The notes under the pieces: generated by a model
Seen by the model: only the letters and a program-made list of their open reading frames with translations
Told to the model about the DNA's origin: nothing
Database searches by the model: none
Translations under genes and position numbers: made by a program
Part shown: piece by piece, positions 28,554-38,316 of the stretch
Layout of the letters: every line of letters begins with the position of its first letter
Numbering within the stretch: the stretch's first letter is position 1
Origin: an uncultured Planctomycetota bacterium
Lineage (GTDB): Bacteria > Planctomycetota > Phycisphaerae > Tepidisphaerales > Tepidisphaeraceae
Length of the DNA stretch: 64,000 nt
Direction of reading: 5' to 3'
NCBI GenBank assembly: GCA_963841915.1
Contig: CAWJEN010000003.1
Span: 128,001-192,000, forward strand

Positions 28554-31283
28554 ATGGGGACGCATGATGATCGCAGCAACTCCATCGGCAGATCAGAGCT
28601 GCTGGTCCTGCGACGCCGCCTGACGCAATTGGAGCGACGCGTCGCTGAACTTGAAGCGGGCGGCTCACTCGCGAGCAAACAACGCGATGTGGAGCTCGAC
28701 GAGCCATCGAATGCTGTCGAACCAGAGATGGCTCTGCAGGTCGAGTCGAAGTTTGCCGAGACGGAGCCTGTGTACGAGGCACCGCCGACTGACATCGATT
28801 TTGTCGAGCCTTACTCGGTGCTACACGATGTCGAGCTGATTGACTATGAGCCACAGGTTGCACCGCCGCCGCCTGTGGCAGAAGGGGCGCTTGAGCAGGC
28901 GATCGGCTTGAAGCTCGCCGGCTGGGCGGGCGGACTCGTGGTCGTGCTCGGTGCTGTTCTCGGCGTGAAGTACGCGTACGACGCCGGCTGGTTCAAGCTG
29001 CTCGCTCCGGAGGTTCGACTCGGGCTCATCCTGATCGGCGGCATCGCGTTGCTGGGCGCGGGCGAGTTCGTGCTTCGTCGACTCGGTAAGCCGGCGGCGG
29101 TCGGACTCTTCGCCAGCGGTGTCGGGACGCTCTTCGTCGCCGCCTACGCCGGGTACGGGTACTTCGGCTTGTACGAAAGCGCGATCGCCTTCGTCGCCAT
29201 GGCTGCGGTCGCCGTCGTCGGGGCTGGTGTTGGCTTGCGTGCGGGCATGTTGAGCGTCGCCGTCCTCGCACAACTCGGCGGACACCTTGCGCCATTGTTG
29301 CTCGGCGGCGAAGCGGACTCACCGACGCCGCTCTTGGCGTTCTTGTTGATGATGGGTCTGGTCGCAGCGGTCCTGTCGTGGCAAGGCGGCGGACGGTGGA
29401 CAGCCCTTCGCTGGGTCGCGCTCGTGCCGACGTCGGTCTGGGTGGTCGCGCTGTATGTCAACGATGCGTCGGAGACGACCCTCTTCGTCTTCTGCCTGCT
29501 GTTCGTCTTGCCGTTCGTGTTGGAGATGCTCGCCGGCACCCGAGGCGAAGAAGGCGACGCTGGGCTTGCAGCTGTTTTCGCCGTCACCCTGGTGGCCGGT
29601 GTCGCCGGTGCCACGCTGGCCACATTTGGCACAAGTGGCCTGGTTCCTGCCGTTTGGCTTGTCGGTGAAGCGGCGGCCTTGGCAGCGCTCTCAGTCGTTG
29701 CCCGCCGCCTGCCCGGGCGCGTCGGGCTTTACGTCACTTTCGTCGCCTGTGCCGCGATTTTGCTGGTGATGTCTGTGCCGGTCGCCTTCGTAGGCGTACA
29801 CGTGGCCGTCGTGTGGGCACTCATGGCGGTCGCGTTCGCAGTGGTCGGCAGCCGCCTGCAGAGCACGTTGGCCCGAATCGTTGCCACCTTGATCTGGATC
29901 GTCACGTGCCTCTACACCGCACAGCGTGTGGACGATGACGTGCTGCTCTCTCTGCAGGGCGTCGACCTTTTGACGCGTACGGCAGTCGGTTTCGGCCTCT
30001 CGATGATCGGCGTCTGCATCGCATGGCTGGCGACGACGAACCCGCCGAAGCCGGACACTTTTGCCTTCTTGAAGCGGCGAGAGCTGTTCCACATCGCCCG
30101 CTGTCTCGCCGCCGCCTCGGCAGCCGTCTGGGTCGTTGCGTCGCTCACCGATCTGCCACCTGCCGTGGCGACGGCGTCACTCGTGGTGTTCGCCTGGCTG
30201 CTCGTTGGTGTCGACGTCATTGTGCCTCGGCTTCGATTGGTCCTCGTCGGCGTGGCTGTACTGCTCGTTGCGCTGGCCAAGTGGGTGCTGATCGACCAGC
30301 TGATTCACCGCCTCTCAGACGGGTGGACGCAGCTGCAGCTGGATTACCTACCGATCTTCAATCCGCTGACGCTGCTCGGAGCGGTTGCCGCCGGCTCGCT
30401 TCCGGCGATCTTTTTCCTTCGCAGGCGGAACCTTGACCGCGTGCTCGATCGCACAGCATCGCACCGTGACAGGACGACGACTGCACTCTGGCTCGCGGCG
30501 GCGTTACTCGCTGTCTTCGGCCTCGGTGCGGCCCTCGAGATCGACCGCATCATCCAGGCAGCCCGCTTCTCCTGGCCGCTGGCAACGTCGCCCGGCCGGG
30601 TTCACGCGCTGTCGATGACCGCCGTCGCCTTGCTTTGCCAGGCAGCACTCGCCGGGTTGATCCTTCGCCTGGTCAAAGATTCGTCGGACCGTGCACGGCG
30701 ATTCAGCCTCATCGCCCTCGTGCCCATCGTGCTGGCGATGAAGTTCGTTCTCTACGACCTCGTCCTGTCAGGTGAAGGCGCGAGCGGTGACCTGCTGCTG
30801 GCAATTCTCAATCCTGAGACGGCCGTCGGTCTCGTGCTGCTCGGCACGCTCACGCTCCACCTATGGCCTGTCGCCCGCAGCGGCCCAGGCGAGCCCGGCC
30901 GCGTTGCGGCAGGTTTCCTCGTCGTCACGTTGCTGACGGTGGGCGTGGTCGTCCTCAGCATCGACCTTTGGCGGCTGCTCGACGGCCTCAGCGTTACACT
31001 GGTCACCCGCCGAGCCGCGGTCTCCATCAGCTGGGCCATCATCGCGTTGGCACTCATCGTCTTTGGCCTGTCGAGGCAAATCGCGGCATTGCGGTACTAC
31101 GGGCTGGCCCTGCTCGCCGTCGCTGCGGCGAAGGTGCTCATTTACGATTTGGCCAGCGTCGACCGCGGCTGGCGAACGTTGTCCTTCATCGCCGTCGGCC
31201 TGCTCATGATCGCCACCAGCGTCGCCTACGCCACCTTCGGCCCGAGGCTGTTGTCGCGGAAACCCGATGAAGTCGCCCAATAG
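28554..31283 (+). CDS. DUF2339 large polytopic membrane protein
   Basis: LEQAIG..GWAGG, many TMs, C-terminal KVLIYDL..RTLSFIAVG. Confidence 0.8.
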   Translation: MGTHDDRSNSIGRSELLVLRRRLTQLERRVAELEAGGSLASKQRDVELDEPSNAVEPEMALQVESKFAETEPVYEAPPTDIDFVEPYSVLHDVELIDYEPQVAPPPPVAEGALEQAIGLKLAGWAGGLVVVLGAVLGVKYAYDAGWFKLLAPEVRLGLILIGGIALLGAGEFVLRRLGKPAAVGLFASGVGTLFVAAYAGYGYFGLYESAIAFVAMAAVAVVGAGVGLRAGMLSVAVLAQLGGHLAPLLLGGEADSPTPLLAFLLMMGLVAAVLSWQGGGRWTALRWVALVPTSVWVVALYVNDASETTLFVFCLLFVLPFVLEMLAGTRGEEGDAGLAAVFAVTLVAGVAGATLATFGTSGLVPAVWLVGEAAALAALSVVARRLPGRVGLYVTFVACAAILLVMSVPVAFVGVHVAVVWALMAVAFAVVGSRLQSTLARIVATLIWIVTCLYTAQRVDDDVLLSLQGVDLLTRTAVGFGLSMIGVCIAWLATTNPPKPDTFAFLKRRELFHIARCLAAASAAVWVVASLTDLPPAVATASLVVFAWLLVGVDVIVPRLRLVLVGVAVLLVALAKWVLIDQLIHRLSDGWTQLQLDYLPIFNPLTLLGAVAAGSLPAIFFLRRRNLDRVLDRTASHRDRTTTALWLAAALLAVFGLGAALEIDRIIQAARFSWPLATSPGRVHALSMTAVALLCQAALAGLILRLVKDSSDRARRFSLIALVPIVLAMKFVLYDLVLSGEGASGDLLLAILNPETAVGLVLLGTLTLHLWPVARSGPGEPGRVAAGFLVVTLLTVGVVVLSIDLWRLLDGLSVTLVTRRAAVSISWAIIALALIVFGLSRQIAALRYYGLALLAVAAAKVLIYDLASVDRGWRTLSFIAVGLLMIATSVAYATFGPRLLSRKPDEVAQ

Positions 31284-31292
31284 TGTTAAGCC

Positions 31293-33374
31293 TTGGTAGA
31301 TCTTGCCACACCACTGACGGAGCTGGAGGGCGTCGGCCCGAAGAAGGAGGCGGCATTGCGCAAGCTCGGGCTCGCCACCCTTGGCGACCTTATTGACTAC
31401 CTGCCGCGCGACTATCAATTCGAGTCCGGCGAGCGGGGTGTCGACGAACTCGTCGCGGAACAAATCCAGACCGTTCGCGGCGAGGTTGTCGCCAGCGACT
31501 TCATTCCTGGCCGTCCACGATCGCGATTCGAAGCCACGGTCAAAGACGTCAAGACCGGCGAGGTGCTTGCCTGCGTCTGGTTCAACGCCGGCTGGATGCG
31601 TGGCAAGCTCACGCCTGGCATGCACATCCGTGCCCGCGGCAAGGTCCGTCACTTCCGCGGCATCCCGCAGATGGCGAACCCGAAGTGGGAAGAGGTCGAC
31701 GACGACACCGATGCCATCGAGGAGAACACCTTTCGCCCGATCTACGCCGCAACTGCCGGGCTGCCGAGCGAGCAGATCGAGAAGCTTGTCAGCGATCACG
31801 TCGAACTTGCCGCCGCCAGGCTCGACGAGTGGTTTCCCGCCGACTTTCTCGAACACCGCCACCTGCTCTCGCGTGGCGACGCCTACCGCAAGATCCACAA
31901 GCCCGACCACGCCGCCGACGCTGCCGAGGCTCGCCGTCGCGTGGTCTACGACGAGCTCATGCTCCTGCAGCTCGGCCTTGCCGTCACGCGTCGCCTGCGC
32001 GAAGGCCGCATCAGCGCATCGATCTTCCGCATCGATCGCCGCCTTGATGAGCGGATCCGCGCTCGCTTCCCGTTCGACCTGACCGACGCCCAGCAGAACG
32101 CCGTCTACGAGATCGCCGGCGACCTCAAGAAGCCCGTCCCGATGAACCGCCTGCTCCAAGGCGACGTCGGCAGCGGCAAGACCGTCGTCGCCCTCTACGC
32201 GATGCTCCTCGGCGTCGCCAACGGCATGCAGTCGGTCCTGCTCGCACCGACCGAAGTCCTCGCCGCCCAGCACGCCCGCACGCTTTCGCAGTTCCTCGAC
32301 GGCAGCTCCGTGCGCGTCGAACTGCTCACCGGCCGCCTCAAGAAATCCGAACGCGAAGCCGTCCGCCGCGACATCGCAAGCGGCGACATCCACCTTGCCG
32401 TCGGCACGCAGGCTCTGTTGACCGACGGCACCGACTTCGCCAACCTTGGCCTCATCGTCGTCGACGAACAGCACAAGCTGGGCGTCCGCCAGCGGGGTCA
32501 CCTCAAGGGCAAGGGCCACGCCCCGCACTACCTGGTCATGACTGCCACGCCGATCCCGCGGACGCTGGCGCTGTCGAACTTTGCCGACTTCGACGTGACG
32601 ACGATCGACGCGTTGCCGCCGGGCCGTCAGCCGATCGAGACGCGTCACATCATGCCGCGCGACAGCAGCCGCGCGTACGAGTTCGTCCGCCGTCAGGTCG
32701 AGAAGGGCCGGCAGGCGTACGTCGTGCTCCCGCAGATCGGCGACGACGGTGGAGTGGGCGGGGGAGACACGAAGAGCCTCAAATCCCACTTGGAGAAGCT
32801 CGAGAAGGGCCCGCTGAAGGGCCTCGTGCTCGCCCCGATGCACGGCCGCATGAAGTCAGCTGAGCGTGACGCAGCGATGACTGCTTTCCGAGGTGGGGGG
32901 GTGGACGTGCTCGTCGCCACCACCGTCATCGAGGTCGGCGTCGACGTCCCGAACGCGACCGTGATGGTGATCGAGTCCGCCGAGCGGTTCGGTTTGAGCC
33001 AGCTCCACCAGCTCCGCGGCCGCGTCGGTCGAGGCGGCGAACAGTCGTACTGCCTCCTCGTCGCCGATCCGCAAACCAGTGACGGCCGCGAACGCATCGA
33101 CGCCATGTGCCGCACGACCGACGGCTTCGAACTCGCCGAAGTCGACCTCAAACTTCGCGGCCCCGGCGACTTCTTCGGCACCCGTCAACACGGCCTGCCC
33201 CCGCTCAAGGTCGCCAACCTGAGCGAAGAGATGGACCTCCTCCACGACGCCCGCGAAGACGCGCTGGCGTTGCTCAAGATCAGCCCCAACCTCGACCGCC
33301 CCGACCTGAAGTTCGTCCGGGACGAGCTGCTCAAGCGGTTCGGCGAAACGCTGGAGCTGGCACTGGTCGGCTGA
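31293..33374 (+). CDS. recG: ATP-dependent DNA helicase RecG
   Basis: GVGPK, RLLQGDVGSGKT, DEQH, TATPIPRTL, QLRGRVGRG, RGPGDFFGTRQHG. Confidence 0.97.
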   Translation: MVDLATPLTELEGVGPKKEAALRKLGLATLGDLIDYLPRDYQFESGERGVDELVAEQIQTVRGEVVASDFIPGRPRSRFEATVKDVKTGEVLACVWFNAGWMRGKLTPGMHIRARGKVRHFRGIPQMANPKWEEVDDDTDAIEENTFRPIYAATAGLPSEQIEKLVSDHVELAAARLDEWFPADFLEHRHLLSRGDAYRKIHKPDHAADAAEARRRVVYDELMLLQLGLAVTRRLREGRISASIFRIDRRLDERIRARFPFDLTDAQQNAVYEIAGDLKKPVPMNRLLQGDVGSGKTVVALYAMLLGVANGMQSVLLAPTEVLAAQHARTLSQFLDGSSVRVELLTGRLKKSEREAVRRDIASGDIHLAVGTQALLTDGTDFANLGLIVVDEQHKLGVRQRGHLKGKGHAPHYLVMTATPIPRTLALSNFADFDVTTIDALPPGRQPIETRHIMPRDSSRAYEFVRRQVEKGRQAYVVLPQIGDDGGVGGGDTKSLKSHLEKLEKGPLKGLVLAPMHGRMKSAERDAAMTAFRGGGVDVLVATTVIEVGVDVPNATVMVIESAERFGLSQLHQLRGRVGRGGEQSYCLLVADPQTSDGRERIDAMCRTTDGFELAEVDLKLRGPGDFFGTRQHGLPPLKVANLSEEMDLLHDAREDALALLKISPNLDRPDLKFVRDELLKRFGETLELALVG

Positions 33375-33377
33375 GAA

Positions 33378-33785
33378 TCAGCGACCTTCAAAATCCCGGA
33401 TGATCTCGTCGGCGCTTCTGCTCGATCCGCCGAAGCTCGGACCCTCGTTCATTTTCTTCTGCATCGTGCAGGTCATGGGAATGAAGATGAACACGATGAT
33501 GAACCCGCCGACGATCATGCCGATCGCGCTCATCGACTTGTGATGCTTCACCCACTCGTTGGCGGCGTTGCCGAGCGAGTGGCGGTGGTCGGACGTCTCG
33601 AACAGGTCCCGCGGCGCCAGAAAACGCCGTGACGATGTCGTGCCGCTCTCCGGCTCGCTCGGCGGGTGGTGGTGGGGTGGTGATGTGGGGGTGGGGGGCG
33701 GGGGCGGGGTCAGCCACTCGCCGCAGTGCTTGCACTTTCGGGCCGTCTCGCTCACCTCTCCCTCACAGTACGGACAGAATCGCAT
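33378..33785 (-). CDS. Zinc-ribbon membrane protein
   Basis: CPYC..CKHCGEWL, Pro-rich linker, one TM. Confidence 0.75.
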   Translation of the reverse strand: MRFCPYCEGEVSETARKCKHCGEWLTPPPPPTPTSPPHHHPPSEPESGTTSSRRFLAPRDLFETSDHRHSLGNAANEWVKHHKSMSAIGMIVGGFIIVFIFIPMTCTMQKKMNEGPSFGGSSRSADEIIRDFEGR

Positions 33786-33948
33786 GGCCTGTCATGGTAC
33801 CAACGGCGGAGCCTCACGGCCGCAGGCGGACGACGGAATCGATCTTCTTGGACCCGCTTGAGAACGCGGCAAAAGTAAGGAGTCGGCGGCCGGAGAACGC
33901 GGTCGGGGGCTGATTCCGAGGCCGATAGACTCCGGGGAAGGTGAACTC

Positions 33949-34332
33949 ATGCATGATCAACAGGCATTGATGATCAAAATTGTTTCAGTACCGCCGGGAG
34001 AGGCACCAGAAAACGTTCGTGCCGATTGGGTGGGCATCACGCTGCCGGTGAAACGTTGTAACGCTACTGACGTGCGGACGCTTGGCGTCATGAGTGGGCC
34101 GAAGAACAACGTCGTGGCGTTCTTCGTGACCCTCTTCGGCGGGGGTCAGCGAGAGCGAGGTTATCTGGTGGACGCGGCTACGGCTGTTGACCGCCTGGAG
34201 CGACACGCTCCAGATGCGGCGGCGTGGTGGCGAAAGGAGACGCCGCATCTTTTAAGACTTGGAATGATGCTCCTGTTCCACGAATGTGTTTGCGAGCGGC
34301 AGGTGGAACCACCCGATGCCGCTGCCGACTGA
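33949..34332 (+). CDS. Hypothetical protein
   Basis: 127 aa ORF (PPGEAP..R..WVG..LP, AAAWW). Confidence 0.65.
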   Translation: MHDQQALMIKIVSVPPGEAPENVRADWVGITLPVKRCNATDVRTLGVMSGPKNNVVAFFVTLFGGGQRERGYLVDAATAVDRLERHAPDAAAWWRKETPHLLRLGMMLLFHECVCERQVEPPDAAAD

Positions 34333-34411
34333 CCAATTCCGCCCACTGGCCGGGTGGCAGGTAGGTACACCGTTTCAAATCAGCTTTCAGCCACGACAGA
34401 TGCCTCTTCAA

Positions 34412-34579
34412 GGCTGACGCGTCGTTCGTCATGGCTGACCTGGAGCTGGTCATGGCTGACACGTAGCTGGTCATGGCTGACACGTAGCTGGTCATGGCTG
34501 ACACGTAGCTGGTCATGGCTGACGCGTCGCTGGTCATGGCTGACGCGTCGCTGGTCATGGCTGACGCGGAGCTGGTCAT
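34412..34579. repeat. Tandem repeat, 8 x 21 bp (GGCTGAC-N5-GCTGGTCAT)
   Basis: Eight adjacent units, e.g. GGCTGACACGTAGCTGGTCAT x3 and GGCTGACGCGTCGCTGGTCAT x2. Confidence 0.95.
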
Positions 34580-34674
34580 CGATCGGATTGGACCCTGTAT
34601 TCGGACCGTGGGCTCTTCCAGGGTCGGAGCGGCAATGTTCCCGGACGCCTTGGGTTATCGCTCTTTGTAGCCGT

Positions 34675-34736
34675 AGAGGTGGTGGGTGGTCAGTGGTGGG
34701 GGGGTGGTGAGTGGTGGGGGGGGGGGCGGGCCGGGT
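34675..34736. repeat. G-rich low-complexity tract (degenerate [A/G]GTGGT[G/C] heptamers + poly-G)
   Basis: GGTGGTG GGTGGTC AGTGGTG ... AGTGGTG followed by a long G run. Confidence 0.7.
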
Positions 34737-34844
34737 CGGACCCTGTCGCGAGCGAGCACGTAACACAGATCGTCTGGCGGTGACGCGTTCAGCGAAGCGA
34801 CGACGCAAAGTGCAACCTTGGCCGTCGTTGGCGATGGAATCGGC

Positions 34845-35315
34845 ATGGCCTCCATGCTTCGCCTCGCACGAATCGCTGTTTTGTCGGCCGCGTTGGCTGC
34901 TGCGAGCATCGCGTTTCTGCTGACGCTTGCCTGCTGGCGGTCGGCGACGGTGCGAGATTACATCGGTTTCGATCAGACGAGCTACATCACCAGTGAGAGC
35001 GGAAGTGTGGTCATTTCGTTGGAGGCGTCGATGCCGACATCGCTGCACTTCGCATCGCGGACGATCCGCCAGCCGGAGCAATACATCGGCGAGGAACGGC
35101 GGCGTTTGCGGTTGAGCGCCGGCCTCGACGGACGGCCGGAGCTGTTTGTTGATCGGCTGGGGCTCACGAGCGGGTCCTACTTCGCCGGTCATTGGCAGAC
35201 GGTGCTGCCGTACTGGATGCCGATCGCTATCGCCTGGACGGCGACCGGCCTGCTGCTGATCGCCGGGCGACGGTTCAGCACCAAGGGCACTGGACCCGCC
35301 GGCGCATTCGAATAG
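34845..35315 (+). CDS. Hypothetical membrane protein
   Basis: N- and C-terminal hydrophobic helices; start uncertain. Confidence 0.55.
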   Translation: MASMLRLARIAVLSAALAAASIAFLLTLACWRSATVRDYIGFDQTSYITSESGSVVISLEASMPTSLHFASRTIRQPEQYIGEERRRLRLSAGLDGRPELFVDRLGLTSGSYFAGHWQTVLPYWMPIAIAWTATGLLLIAGRRFSTKGTGPAGAFE

Positions 35316-35321
35316 CACGCT

Positions 35322-36920
35322 CTACAACTCAGCGAACTCGAACGTGTTCGACGTTTGCTCGGCGGCGACTTCAGCTTCGACAACGTTGTTGAACGCGTCA
35401 TCCTTCTCCGCCAGTTCGCTGCGAAGGGCGATGACGTCGTACCGATCGCGGCCTTCGGAGACCTTGGCAAAGATGTCGCCCTCCACATGCGTGCCGGGCA
35501 GAACATCAATTGCAGCTGCAAAACCTTGCATGGTTCCGGCAGCGTTCTCCCAGCTGCCAGCCTTCTCGGCCCACGTTGCCGCGGGCAGAACCACGTCGGC
35601 GGCGTCGCTGGCGGCGGTCGGCAGCGTGTCGCTGACGACGGTAAAAGCGTTCTTCAGAACGGCCGGCAGCGATTCAGACGTCACCCACTTGTCGAGGTAG
35701 TTGCCGGTAATCCATCCGGCTTTGGCGTCGGTCGGAATGTCGTCGAATGTGCCCGTCTTGCCGCCGAGGATGGCAAGGACCCGCTCGATGCCGCGTCGGT
35801 TCGGAACCTTTTCGGCGTTGATGCGGAAGGTCTCTTCACCGGTGATGTAGTGCTTGAAGACTTCGTCTTCGCCCGTCGTCGGCACCGGGCCACAGACGAG
35901 GGTGGCGTCGGGGTCGAGCTCCCGGATGAGAGAGCCGAGCAGGTAGGCCTCTTCGGTCGCGAGCATCGGCGACAGGACGGCGAACAGGCTGCCGTTGCCG
36001 TGCGTTTCGACGGCCTGCTTCAGGCCGTTCATCGCGGCATCCAGAGCGTCACCCGTGGCTGCGGGTTCGAGAATGCCCTTGTCCTTGGCGGCGGCGTAGG
36101 TGATGCGGTCGTCGCGGCCGACGACCTTGTAGCTGTAGCGGCTGTCGTCGCTGATCCACCATTGGTTGACGTCAGCATTGAAGCGCGGCTTGACGCGGTA
36201 GATCTTGCCCTCGTTGTGCTGCAGGTAGATGTTCTCGCCGCCTGCGTCGGCGGGGGAGATGCTCGGGGCATTCTTGAGCAGCCAGACGCGTTGCTGGAAC
36301 AGGAAGTCGCGGTCGAGCAGAGCGCCGACGGGGCACAGGTCGACGACGTTGCCGCTGAGCTTGTTGTCGAGCGGCTTGCCGGGGAAGATGTCGATCTGCT
36401 CGGTGCTGCCGCGGCCCTTGACCATCAGCTCGCCTTCGCCGCTGACTTCGCGCGTGAAGCGGACGCAGCGGGTGCACATGATGCACCGGTCGTTGTAGAG
36501 CATCACGTGCTCGCCGACGATCTTCTTGGGCTTTTTGCCCTTGTCTTCTTCGAAGCGACTCTGGCTGCGGCCGTACTGGTAGCTGTAATCCTGCAAGTAG
36601 CACTCGCCGGCCTGGTCGCAGACGGGGCAATCAAGCGGGTGGTTGACGAGCAGGTACTCCATGACCTGCTTCTGGTTGGCCACGCTGCGGGGCGAGCTGG
36701 TGTTGACGACCATGCCCTCGCGGATCGGCGTCTGGCACGTGGGCAGCAGCTTGGGCACGCCTTCGACCTCTGCCAGACAGATGCGGCACGAGGCGACGAT
36801 GCTGAGGCCCGGGTGGTAGCAGTAGTGCGGCAGCTCGATGCCGGCGTTGAGAGCGGCCTGCAGAATGGTCTCGCCCTTGGCAGCTTCGATTTGCTGTCCA
36901 TCCACGGTGATCGTCGGCAT
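35322..36920 (-). CDS. nuoG: NADH:quinone oxidoreductase subunit G-like Fe-S protein
   Basis: CYHPGL..CRIC, NHPLDCPVCDQAGEC, CIMCTRC, DLCPVGAL, ADVVLP..AEKAG. Confidence 0.88.
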   Translation of the reverse strand: MPTITVDGQQIEAAKGETILQAALNAGIELPHYCYHPGLSIVASCRICLAEVEGVPKLLPTCQTPIREGMVVNTSSPRSVANQKQVMEYLLVNHPLDCPVCDQAGECYLQDYSYQYGRSQSRFEEDKGKKPKKIVGEHVMLYNDRCIMCTRCVRFTREVSGEGELMVKGRGSTEQIDIFPGKPLDNKLSGNVVDLCPVGALLDRDFLFQQRVWLLKNAPSISPADAGGENIYLQHNEGKIYRVKPRFNADVNQWWISDDSRYSYKVVGRDDRITYAAAKDKGILEPAATGDALDAAMNGLKQAVETHGNGSLFAVLSPMLATEEAYLLGSLIRELDPDATLVCGPVPTTGEDEVFKHYITGEETFRINAEKVPNRRGIERVLAILGGKTGTFDDIPTDAKAGWITGNYLDKWVTSESLPAVLKNAFTVVSDTLPTAASDAADVVLPAATWAEKAGSWENAAGTMQGFAAAIDVLPGTHVEGDIFAKVSEGRDRYDVIALRSELAEKDDAFNNVVEAEVAAEQTSNTFEFAEL

Positions 36921-37215
36921 AGCCGCAGCGTAGGGGAGACCGCCAGGACTTTCACCACGATTGACGGCGGGCGACAAGTCGCCGCTCCAGGATGCGTTTC
37001 TTCGACATCCCGCTGGTCCACCCACTTCATGCAAACCGTTGCCGTTACTGCTCGCGTCGCTCGATCGAGGAACGGAGCCTTCTGCAGAAGCTGTGTCTCA
37101 TCATCAATCGGTCAGCAGCCAACGAGCAGGAGATTTGAACCTGCCATTGTCGCAGCAACGGAAGCTGTGACGACAGATCGGCCTGATCCCTGATCAGTGG
37201 CTCGCCTTGCTTCGG

Positions 37216-38280
37216 TCAGGGTACCTCTGTCGGCTCGTCAACCGCCTTGAGAACCTGTTGCGTCGTCTCGGTGACCGTCTCGCCGTCGGCAGTGTTACAG
37301 GCGACAAGGATGACCACGCCGCGTTCCGGTAGAACGGTGACCGTTGCAAAATTGAACGTATTGGAGCCGCTATGGCCGTACAGAAGCCCAAAGGTCTCGT
37401 TTGTCTCGACTCCCCAGCCGAGCGCGTAAGACGGATCCTGCCAGCGCGGCGTCACGATCTTCTTGAGAGTCGCTTCTTCTAAAAACCCCTCAGGCTGATC
37501 GATCAGCACACGGCAGAGCTTGTTCCAGTCGGCCAGCGACATGTGCAATCGGCCTGCAGCGTCATACGCCTTGGGATTATCAATCGAGACCGGCTTGCCG
37601 TTCTTGTGTCCGTAGATCTCGGGTGACGGCCCCCAGCCGGCGGTCGTGATGCCAAGCGGCTCGAAAACCTCTCGCTGCATCAGCGACTCCAGCGGCTCGT
37701 CGGCGGCCGCTTCGAGCATCGCTCCCGCCAGTATGTATCCGCCGTTGCTGTACTCCCAGGCGACGCCCGGCTTGACATGCGGCAGTCGGACGATGGCCCG
37801 GGCCAGCTTCTGTCGTTGCTCTCGTGGCGACAGCTCGCTCGCCGCGGCGGCGTGGCCTTGGGGCAGCAGCAGCAAATCGGCCATCGGGCCCGGCAGGCCG
37901 GCGGTGTGGGACAGCAAGTGTGCCAGCGTCACACCCGGCAGGCCGGCAAGGTCGTCGATGACCTCCTGCGGCTCACTGTCCCAACCGAGCTTGCCCTGTT
38001 CAATCAAGCGGCCGGCCAGCAAAGCGATCGCCGCTTTAGTGCATGATCCCAAGTGCCAGGCGTCGCCGACCTCGACCCGACCCTTGTAGCCGGCTTGTCG
38101 CGTCCCTGCGACGCTTTGTGTGAAGCCGGTCGCGTCGCTGACGAAGATTCCGATGGCCGGCACGTCCCTGCGTTGCCGCATTTCGTGGGCTATGACGTCG
38201 AGTCGGGCTTGATCGACTGGCTGTGCCACTGCGTTGTTGGCGAGTGCGACCATCAACACCAGGCACAGGCGCAAGATCAT
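37216..38280 (-). CDS. Secreted serine hydrolase (beta-lactamase class C/PBP-like)
   Basis: Signal peptide, GSCTK (SxxK), LLSHTAG, YSN, HSGS. Confidence 0.88.
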   Translation of the reverse strand: MILRLCLVLMVALANNAVAQPVDQARLDVIAHEMRQRRDVPAIGIFVSDATGFTQSVAGTRQAGYKGRVEVGDAWHLGSCTKAAIALLAGRLIEQGKLGWDSEPQEVIDDLAGLPGVTLAHLLSHTAGLPGPMADLLLLPQGHAAAASELSPREQRQKLARAIVRLPHVKPGVAWEYSNGGYILAGAMLEAAADEPLESLMQREVFEPLGITTAGWGPSPEIYGHKNGKPVSIDNPKAYDAAGRLHMSLADWNKLCRVLIDQPEGFLEEATLKKIVTPRWQDPSYALGWGVETNETFGLLYGHSGSNTFNFATVTVLPERGVVILVACNTADGETVTETTQQVLKAVDEPTEVP

Positions 38281-38316
38281 ACGTGCAGCGTAGGGAAGTT
38301 GACGTAATGTGCCGAC

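Noticed and set aside
30861..32843. 660 aa minus-strand ORF
   Set aside because: Antisense shadow of recG, typical of high-GC coding DNA; no motifs
34412..34579. Possible CRISPR array
   Set aside because: Units are contiguous with only a 5-nt variable core, cores repeat, there are no unique spacers and no cas genes
34380..35318. 312 aa minus-strand ORF through the repeat
   Set aside because: Its N-terminal half is antisense to the 34845-35315 gene and low-complexity; not called as a CDS, although the repeat frame is discussed in findings
33375..35321. Genomic island or mobile element after recG
   Set aside because: No integrase, transposase, tRNA or flanking direct repeats visible
35355..37193. 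612 aa plus-strand ORF
   Set aside because: Antisense shadow of nuoG
37216..38280. Antibiotic-resistance beta-lactamase
   Set aside because: SxxK/YxN/HSG serine hydrolases of this type are mostly esterases or peptidases; resistance cannot be inferred
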